64,000 nucleotides of DNA, from contig CAWCQS010000007.1 in assembly GCA_963797715.1 (NCBI GenBank), forward strand, positions 24,566 through 88,565. The letters run 5' to 3'. The translations under genes were made by a program, and so were the position numbers. Below, in pieces: positions 57,579 to 64,000 of the stretch. The notes under the pieces were generated by a model. The model was not told the origin of the DNA and did not search any database. It saw only the letters and a list, made by a program, of their open reading frames with translations. The first letter of the stretch is position 1, and the number at the start of each line of letters is the position of its first letter. The stretch is from an uncultured Acidobacteriota bacterium. GTDB lineage: Bacteria > Acidobacteriota > Vicinamibacteria > Vicinamibacterales > 2-12-FULL-66-21.

Positions 57579-57892
57579 GCCCTACTCCCCGAGTATACGC
57601 CTGGCACTGGCCACGAGGATATCAAGGCTTTTTGACGCGACCCTGCGCGCGATCGTCAGTGCCGGCAGCAGGAGCAACTGTGCACCTTGCATTGTCACGA
57701 CCAGCCCTTGCCGAGCAGGCTGACTGAATGTCCTCTGCGCGTAAGTTGTCGCGCGGCTCAGCCTCGTCTTCCTGTCCAAATTCCTGCTCGGACACGCCAT
57801 CCTCCGCTTAGGACACATGCAACGAGCATGCTCGCGCAGCGCACAGTCGTCTCGCGCGCATTGAGGATGGGGCGGCTGGAGCCGGAAGAGCT

Positions 57893-58982
57893 TTACTTCA
57901 AGTGCCGACGGAAGAACTCACGCGCGACGTCGAACGCTCCCGCCCGCTCGGTGCGTTGCACCTCAGGCCCGCCGCGCGGGTGCTCCCGCACCTGCATCTG
58001 AAACGGTCCAGCGACATCATCGAGGTCAGTGCGGTTGAAGAAGGTGTGTGGCAGTCCGTCGATCAACCTGAGCGTCACGTCGTTCCCCGCGTTCTTCAGC
58101 GTTTCGTACAACATGACACTCTGATGATGCGGCACCGAGCTGTCGGCGAGGCCGTGCATGATGAGGAAGGGCGGCGCCTCCTTGCCGACGTAGGTGATCG
58201 GGCTGGCGGCGCGCACGCGGTCTGGCACGCTCTGAACAGGCGCACCCAGAAGGCGCGATTCGGGTGAGGCAGCGTCGTCGTGCGGTACAGCACCTCGCCC
58301 GCCGCGGCCGGCTGCTGCCGCCCCGGCCGGTGCACCTGCGGCTGGCGCGGCACCGCGTGCTGCTCCACCGACGTTGATGCTGATCACGGCGGGCTGAAGC
58401 TTCGCGCGTTCCTCTTCGGTCTGCGCGTCCATCACGTCGAAACGCGTCGGCCCGTACCGCATCGAGCACACAGCGGACGCTGCTCGTGGCCTCCAGATCA
58501 CCCGTGCCTTCGAAAGTCCCGCGCGGCGCCAACCCTGCAACCGCAGCCAAATGTCCACCAGCCGACGTGCCCCACAAGCAGATACGATCAGCGTCGAGCC
58601 CGTGCGTGGGAGCATTGGCCTTCAGCCAGCGGACGGCCGTCCGCACGTCCTCCACGTTGGCGGGAAACGTGATCGACGGCGTCAACCGGTACTCGATGGA
58701 CGCCATCGCGAACCCGTCCCGCGCGAAATAGCGACTGAAGTCCGGGCCGGTCGTCCGCGTGCCGCCGGACCACCCTCCTCCGTGCAAAAACACGATCACG
58801 GGTGTGGGCCGCCGAATCGGCTGCGCGGGAACATAGAGATCGAGCCGCAGCTCGACACCGTCGCGCGACGCGTAGGTCAGCGTCCGCATGTCGGCAGCCG
58901 GCGGGGTTTGCACGCCGCCGAGAGTTGCGCCGGCGAGCAGCGCTGGAACGATGCGAAGCGTCAGCCGCGACGCGAGGCTCAA
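57893..58982 (-). pseudogene. Secreted alpha/beta-hydrolase carboxylesterase (Abhydrolase_3 / BD-FAE type), one frame break near 58470
   Basis: A TTG start overlaps the bicupin stop. VIVFLHGGGWSGG (HGGG) and LWGTSAGGHLA (GxSxG) lie in ORF 58026..58982. The C-terminal part PPFLIMHGLADSSVPHHQS...LIDGLPHTF lies in ORF 57893..58615. Confidence 0.8.
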
Positions 58983-60382
58983 ATGAAGTCCTCCGGCCGG
59001 GGTTTGAGCGCGAGTGCACGGCGCAGTTCCGGTGTGATTTCGCGACTGATCGGAACGCCGCAGATCGCCTGCGCGTGCGCGAGCAGCGCCGCGCGCTCGG
59101 ACAGCGCCGCTGCGGCACCCTTGATCCAGACAGGATCCTGCGGTGGCAACGGCAGTTTCGGCCCATGCACGTCAAGTGGATACCCGTCAGGTCCACGGCC
59201 GCTCATCTGGAGCATCTTGAACATGTCGGGCGAACTGCCGGCAAACGCTCCGCGTCCGCGCCCGCCACCGTCGCCTCCTTCCGGAGCCCCTCCACGGCCC
59301 TCGCGGGAACCGCGGCCCCGGCCGCCCATGAAGACGAAGAAGTTTTCGAAGATGCCGGGTGTGAGAAATGCGGCGAACCGGTTGTATTCCTGATTCAACT
59401 TGAAGCCATGGAGATTGCGCGGAGGGGCCTGGAAATAGTCACCCATCCGCAGCGGCACGGCTTTGCCGTACGCCCACCCGAGCGTCTCGCCGTCGAGTCC
59501 GAAGAAGTTCTCGAAATGGCGGGCGTGAAAGTGCGCGCCGACTCCGCCACCGGGACCGCCCTCGGTGATGATGAACAAGAACTGCCCGGTGGTGTTCGCG
59601 TTGCGCGCGAGGAACGTGTTGCCACCGAATCGCTCTCCTCCACCGTCGGCGAGAACGTAGGCTCCTGGTGTGACTGGGAGCTGCTTGTTCGCGACGCGGA
59701 CGGGCGCCGTCGTCGATGCAGCGGCCGGCGCGAGCTGAAAGTCGCCCGCGTCGGCAGCCCGCGCGAGCGCCGCGGCCAGGATTTCAGATGCCGCGCCTGT
59801 TGGCAGCTGCGAGCCGTCCTGCGGCGCACCCATCGCCGTGAACGCAGCGCCCACGCGATGGTTCATCGAGAACAGGGCAAGCTGCGCGCCGTCGGATCGC
59901 ATCGTCCACGCGTGCGCCGTCCCAGGCGGCAGGTTGGCGAAATCGCCGCGCATCATCGTCCACCGCTCGCCGCCGAGCTCGAGCTCGATCTCCCCACGCA
60001 TGACGAGCAGCGCAGCATGGCTGCTCAGATGCACGTGGCGCGGCATCGTCGCGCCGGGGTTACCAGTAAATGTCGCCAGCTCGTAGACGTCACCGGTATC
60101 GGCCGGCCGGGCAATGCGCTTCATGACCAGGCTGCCCACGCGGTGATACTCGCCGGCATTGCTCGGCAGGACGTACATGCGTTTCCGTCCTGGCAGCTGC
60201 CCCATCACCGCCTCGGCGTCAGGACCACTGACCTCGACCGGATTGAGAATTTCGTCCGGCACTCCCACGAGCGGTGCCTGCGCGAGCAGACTGCGGAGGC
60301 CGAGCTCGTGCCATCCGGCAAGCCCGCTCCCGGCGGCGATCGCGGCGGTACTGATGAAGCGGCGACGATCCCACTGTCCCAT
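58979..60382 (-). CDS. Tat-exported bicupin (quercetin 2,3-dioxygenase-like) with a C-terminal RGG-rich insert
   Basis: 467 aa, AAGGAG upstream of the ATG. Tat signal MGQWDRRRFISTAAIAAGSGLA. Cupin 1: PRHVHLSSHAALLVMRGEIELELGG...LPPGTAHAW. Cupin 2 fits G-x5-HxH-x4-E-x6-G exactly (GGGVGAHFHARHFENFFGLDG), followed by GDYFQAPPRNLHGF. Confidence 0.8.
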   Translation of the reverse strand: MGQWDRRRFISTAAIAAGSGLAGWHELGLRSLLAQAPLVGVPDEILNPVEVSGPDAEAVMGQLPGRKRMYVLPSNAGEYHRVGSLVMKRIARPADTGDVYELATFTGNPGATMPRHVHLSSHAALLVMRGEIELELGGERWTMMRGDFANLPPGTAHAWTMRSDGAQLALFSMNHRVGAAFTAMGAPQDGSQLPTGAASEILAAALARAADAGDFQLAPAAASTTAPVRVANKQLPVTPGAYVLADGGGERFGGNTFLARNANTTGQFLFIITEGGPGGGVGAHFHARHFENFFGLDGETLGWAYGKAVPLRMGDYFQAPPRNLHGFKLNQEYNRFAAFLTPGIFENFFVFMGGRGRGSREGRGGAPEGGDGGGRGRGAFAGSSPDMFKMLQMSGRGPDGYPLDVHGPKLPLPPQDPVWIKGAAAALSERAALLAHAQAICGVPISREITPELRRALALKPRPEDFI

Positions 60383-60385
60383 GAG

Positions 60386-61260
60386 CTATCTCCTTGGTTG
60401 GTGCGACTTGCTCCGATCTGATCGACTCGCCTTCGATGGCGCGGCGAACGACTTCATAGACATCGTCCGGACGCCACGAGTTGGACTCGAATACCCGCAT
60501 CACACGCCCATCGTGGCCAACGACGGCCGTCGTCAGCGTATGCGTGACGAACCCGGCTTCGGCGCGGAATGCGACGCCGAAGAACCGGGTGACGGCTTCG
60601 ATTTGCGCCGGCGTTCCCGTCGCTAGCGTCCACTGGTCGAATCGGTCGGGCCCCTTCAGCATCGATTCGCCGTAAGCGCGCAGAGACTGCGGGCGTATCG
60701 AACGCCGGGTCCAACGTCACGCCGAGAAGCGCGAGCCGGCTGCCCAGCCCTTCCTCGTTGGCGCGCCGCCGCACCGCCTCGAGGTGCCTGACCATCAACG
60801 GACAGAAATCCGGCAGCGGGCACCGAGTATATATAAAGGTGACGATGCGGACGCGTCCGCCGGCATCGCGCAGCGTGAATGGCTCACCGTTCTGATCGAC
60901 GAGCGGCAGATCCGGCACGACAGTTCCCGGCACCGCGCGCGCCTCCGGCGGGCGCGTCGCAGGCGCACCGGCTCGCGCCGTGACCTTCACGTCCTCGAGC
61001 CAACTCCTGGTATCGCTCAGGACGAGCGTTGCCGCAATTCGGTCGCCCATATTCAATGGCGGCGCTGCCGGATCGCCGATCTCGAAGGCCATCCTCATAG
61101 CTGGCATAAACCCATTCACCGCATCGTGTTCAACGACGATACGAGGCGGTGCTTCACGGCCGACGACCACGCCGGTGAGCTGATATCGGCGCAAGCCGAG
61201 CGTTGCGTCTGTAGAACATGCGGCACTGCTCAGAACGAGCAGGAGGATGGCGCGGCGCAT
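60386..61260 (-). pseudogene. SCO1/SenC-family copper chaperone fused to an N-terminal CusF-like domain, at least one frame break
   Basis: Lipoprotein-like MRRAILLLVLSSAACS. CusF-like domain VVEHDAVNGFMPAMRMAFEI. SCO thioredoxin fold VRIVTFIYTRCPLPDFCPLM. The C-terminal part (QWTLATGTPAQIEAVTRFFGVAF...THTLTTAVVGHDGRVMRVF) is in the frame of ORF 60219..60662. As given, that frame runs 164 nt into the bicupin gene, so a further shift to the TAG at 60386..60388 is assumed. Confidence 0.7.
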
Positions 61261-61394
61261 CGCGATGCGCAGGATACCTTGAAAGGTTAGGCACAGGACG
61301 TTCCGCGGGCTAAGCCGCAGGGATATCTGGGATCCGCTATGATTTGTTCACCTATCGAACGAAAGCCGTTCGCCAACAACAGTGAGGGTCTTGT

Positions 61395-62924
61395 ATGCAG
61401 GCTCAGCGTTGCGTTTGGTTGGGAAAGGTCGCCGCCGTCACCGCGATCGGCGTCGTCATGCTCCTGCCCGCGAACATGTCGGGGCAACAGACCGCTCCCG
61501 CACCGCCTGCACCAGCGTCACCGCCCGGTCCGCCGCCAAATCCCCACGCCGCCGCGACCGCGGCTGATCACAAGAACATGATGGAGCAGCTCGGAATCAC
61601 CGCGCTGCGCCCCGGACCGAGCGGCAATGAGTCGGCGCCGAACCACGCCAATTACGACGAGGCGCTCGCGAACCCATATCCGAACCTGCCGGAAGTCCTG
61701 ACGCTCAAGAACGCAAAGAAGGTCACCAGCGCGGACGTCTGGTGGAAGCAGCGCCGACCCGAGATCGTGGAGGAGTTCGATCGCGAGGTCCTCGGGCGAG
61801 TACCCGCGAACGTGCCCAAGGTCACGTGGGTCGTCAATCGTACCGAGAACTTCACGGTCGGCGGACTAGCGGTCGTTGGCAGGGAACTCGTCGGCAAGGT
61901 CGATAACTCAAGCTACCCTGACATCACCGTCGAGATTCAGATGACCGTCGTGACTCCGGCGGCCGCGACGAAGCCGGTGCCGGTGATGATGATGTTCGGC
62001 GGACGGTCCGGCATGCCGCCGGCACCGGGCGCTCCTCCACCAGCGGCGCGCGGTTTCGGACCTGGCGGTGGAGCGCCTCCGAATCCAACTACACCAGCCG
62101 ACCCGCCGGCGACCGAGCAGTTGATTACCGACGGGTGGGGCTACGCGACGATTAGCCCGAACAGCATCCAGGCGGACAACGGCGCGGGACTGACGGCGGG
62201 CATCATCGGCCTCGTCAACAAGGGTCAGCGCCGCAAGCCTGACGACTGGGGTTCGCTGCGCGCGTGGGCGTGGGGCGCATCGCGCGGGCTCGACTACCTC
62301 GAGACCGACAAGGCGGTGGACGCGAAGAAGGTCGGCATCGAAGGCGTGTCGCGGTACGGCAAGGCGGCGCTCGTCACGATGGCCTACGACCAGCGCTTCG
62401 CGGTGGTGCTCGTCGGCTCGTCGGGTGAAGGCGGCGCCAAGCTGCACCGTCGGAACTTCGGCGAGGCGGTCGAGAACCTGACCGGCTCGGGTGAGTATCA
62501 CTGGATGGCCGGCAACTTCCTCAAGTACGGCACAGCCGAATCCTCGTTTGGCAGCAAGAATGCCGGCGACATTCCAGTCGACGCGCATCAATTGATCGCG
62601 CTCTGCGCGCCACGCCTCACGTTCATCAGCTACGGCGTTCCGGAGCGAGGCGACGCGAAATGGCTCGATCAACAGGGCAGCTACATGGCCGCCGTCGCGG
62701 CACAGCCGGTCTTCCGCCTGCTTGGCGCGAAGGGCCTCGGCGTGTCGGACGACTACAACAAGGAAAAGATGCCGGCAGTCAACGTCAGTATGCTCGACGG
62801 TCAGTTGGCCTGGCGTCAGCACGACGGTGGGCATACCGACGGTCCAAACTGGAAGTACTTCATTCCGTGGGCGGACAAGTTGCTCGAGCACACGCCGGCT
62901 GTTCGGAGTTCCGCGGCGCGATGA
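61395..62924 (+). CDS. Carbohydrate esterase family 15-like (glucuronoyl esterase)
   Basis: 509 aa with a signal peptide and a proline-rich linker. Catalytic-serine context IEGVSRYGKAAL (the CE15 GCSRxGK motif), GEYHWMAGNF, WRQHDGGHTDGPNW. Confidence 0.75.
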   Translation: MQAQRCVWLGKVAAVTAIGVVMLLPANMSGQQTAPAPPAPASPPGPPPNPHAAATAADHKNMMEQLGITALRPGPSGNESAPNHANYDEALANPYPNLPEVLTLKNAKKVTSADVWWKQRRPEIVEEFDREVLGRVPANVPKVTWVVNRTENFTVGGLAVVGRELVGKVDNSSYPDITVEIQMTVVTPAAATKPVPVMMMFGGRSGMPPAPGAPPPAARGFGPGGGAPPNPTTPADPPATEQLITDGWGYATISPNSIQADNGAGLTAGIIGLVNKGQRRKPDDWGSLRAWAWGASRGLDYLETDKAVDAKKVGIEGVSRYGKAALVTMAYDQRFAVVLVGSSGEGGAKLHRRNFGEAVENLTGSGEYHWMAGNFLKYGTAESSFGSKNAGDIPVDAHQLIALCAPRLTFISYGVPERGDAKWLDQQGSYMAAVAAQPVFRLLGAKGLGVSDDYNKEKMPAVNVSMLDGQLAWRQHDGGHTDGPNWKYFIPWADKLLEHTPAVRSSAAR

Positions 62925-63786
62925 GCCGATCCGCATGCGCGCGCATCCGCGCGGCGGTGACGATCGCGTTCTTGACATGCGGAGCCACCGCGGTCGGTCC
63001 GTCGCGAGCGCAGGCACAGGCGCCAGCGCCAGGCCGCCGTCGTCGCGCCCGCCCCGCCGGGGCCAGCCGACCGGGCGGCGCCGCGCACCGATCGGAACTC
63101 GATGATCGCGCACGAGCAGTTGCTCGAGAAGGCGCGGGCAGGCGGCATCGACGTCTACTTCGTCGGCGATTCGATCACGCGCCGTTGGGGCGCGACCGAC
63201 TACCCCGATCTGCTGGCCCACTGGCGTCAGCAGTTCTTTGGCTGGAACGCCGGCAACTTCGGCTGGGGCGCCGATCGAACGCAGAACATCCTGTGGCGCC
63301 TCGAGAACGGCGAGCTCGACGGCGTCAATCCCAAGGTGATCGTGATCCTGGCGGGCACCAACAACATCGGGGCGCAGCCGGGCGACGCCACGAAGGTCGA
63401 CGAGATCACGCGCGGGCTGACGGCGATCCTCGAATATCTGCCGTCAGAAGGCGCCGAAAGCCACGATTATCCTGACCGCGATTTTTCCGCGCAACGACAA
63501 CATGGCGGTCATGCCGGAGATCGATCAGATCAACGCGAATCTCGCGCGCCTGGCGGATGGCCGCACGGTCCGCTACCTCAACGTCAACGACAAGCTCGCC
63601 GACAAGGACGGAAGACTGTTCCCGGGGATGATGAACGAGCGGGACAAGCTGCATCCGACGCTTGCCGGCTATCAGGTGTGGGCCGACGGCCTCAAGCCTA
63701 TACTACAGGAACTGCTCGGACCGCCGGCGTCGACCGACCACGCGCCTCCGCCCACCGGCGACCCGAGCGCGGCGGCGAAGAAGTAG
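62921..63786 (+). pseudogene. SGNH/GDSL hydrolase, two frame breaks
   Basis: The ATG at 62921 overlaps the CE15 stop (ATGA) and gives the signal peptide MSRSACARIRAAVTIAFLTCGATAVG. Frame 0 follows from about 63030 (IDVYFVGDSITRRWG; VIVILAGTNN), then frame 1 from about 63440 (KAPKATIILTAIFPRND...DKLHPTLAGY). Confidence 0.75.
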
Positions 63787-63791
63787 TCACT

Positions 63792-64000
63792 TCATCGTTT
63801 CCAGGGCACGACATCGAGTGTCGTCGGCCCGGCGGCGGAGAGGCTGTCGCGCACCCGATCGACGTCGGCCGGCGCGATGTGGACACCCAGGAGAACTGCG
63901 CCGTGCGCAACCGCTTGCTGAATTGCTTCAGCGCGCTCGTGTGACAGGCCGGTCGCCTTCAGCACGGACGCAAGGCTGCCCGCCGCATGTCCTGCCGCTT
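63792..64000 (-). CDS. C-terminal part of a stress-protein paralogue (same C-domain as 35519..36070); gene enters from the right edge
   Basis: The reverse strand reads ...AAGHAAGSLASVLKATGLSHERAEAIQQAVAHGAVLLGVHIAPADVDRVRDSLSAAGPTTLDVVPWKR, with the stop at 63792..63794. It parallels GLPEYEAKRYEGHVRAGGILLSVHCETSEEISAAKDLL of the 183-aa protein. Confidence 0.5.
   Translation of the reverse strand, partial: AAGHAAGSLASVLKATGLSHERAEAIQQAVAHGAVLLGVHIAPADVDRVRDSLSAAGPTTLDVVPWKR

Noticed and set aside
60219-60385. The SCO gene continuing 164 nt into the bicupin gene, as the given frame reads
   Set aside because: A long same-strand overlap is implausible. It would cover the bicupin SD, ATG and Tat signal, and the contig has many indels. 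A shifted stop at 60386..60388, just before the bicupin start, is more likely. This is an assumption and is flagged as such.
58802-60421. 539-aa plus-strand ORF
   Set aside because: It is antisense to the bicupin and esterase genes, which carry clear cupin and HGGG/GxSxG motifs. The ORF itself is Arg-rich with no motif.
61908-63221. 437-aa minus-strand ORF
   Set aside because: It is antisense to the CE15-like and SGNH genes and has no recognisable domain.
1-64000. rRNA, tRNA, tmRNA, RNase P and SRP RNA genes
   Set aside because: I scanned by eye for the conserved cores (T-loop GGTTCGAATCC-like, RNase P GAGGAAAGTCC, SRP GGAAGCAGCC). The only chance partial match is GAAAGTCCC at about 58511, which lies inside a coding region. 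A covariance-model scan would be needed to be definitive.

Overview
High-G+C bacterial chromosomal segment. The two ADOP-type duplicated MacB/FtsX permeases and the overall gene content suggest Acidobacteriota, but that is inference only. I support about 58 protein-coding loci and found no rRNA, tRNA, CRISPR array, integrase or transposase. Content is mostly secreted or periplasmic hydrolases and redox enzymes: two M28 peptidases, an S33 hydrolase, an amidase, a CE15 esterase, an SGNH hydrolase, a GH30-like glycosidase, PQQ-like propellers and a bicupin. There are also DNA-repair genes (recQ; ligase-associated exonuclease plus ATP-dependent ligase), a SecA paralogue, a PAS-PAS-GAF hybrid histidine kinase, an ECF sigma/anti-sigma pair and envelope genes. 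Five things stand out. (1) By my approximate manual count there are about 35 reading-frame breaks. They are strongly clustered, worst at 18.8-22.8 kb, while about 19 kb of long genes are intact; this means either uneven assembly polishing or real gene decay. (2) Six intergenic elements are built from short tandem repeats, mostly strict 7-nt periodicity, whose two halves are complementary and fold into long hairpins. They resemble cyanobacterial STRR heptamer repeats. (3) A SecA paralogue with a hydrophobic tail-anchor-like C-terminus sits between ADOP permeases, next to a BACON-like/PT-linker lipoprotein. (4) A translationally coupled SCO(CusF-fused)-bicupin-esterase operon looks like a secreted copper-dependent flavonol dioxygenase plus depside esterase. 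It lies next to a CE15-SGNH pair. (5) A lower-G+C island (about 35.4-41.1 kb) carries a GH30-like enzyme with two golvesin-like modules and gene debris. A B12-radical-SAM/DegT/DedA operon is a further candidate envelope-modification module. All calls come from reading the sequence and the ORF track. Frame-break positions are approximate.
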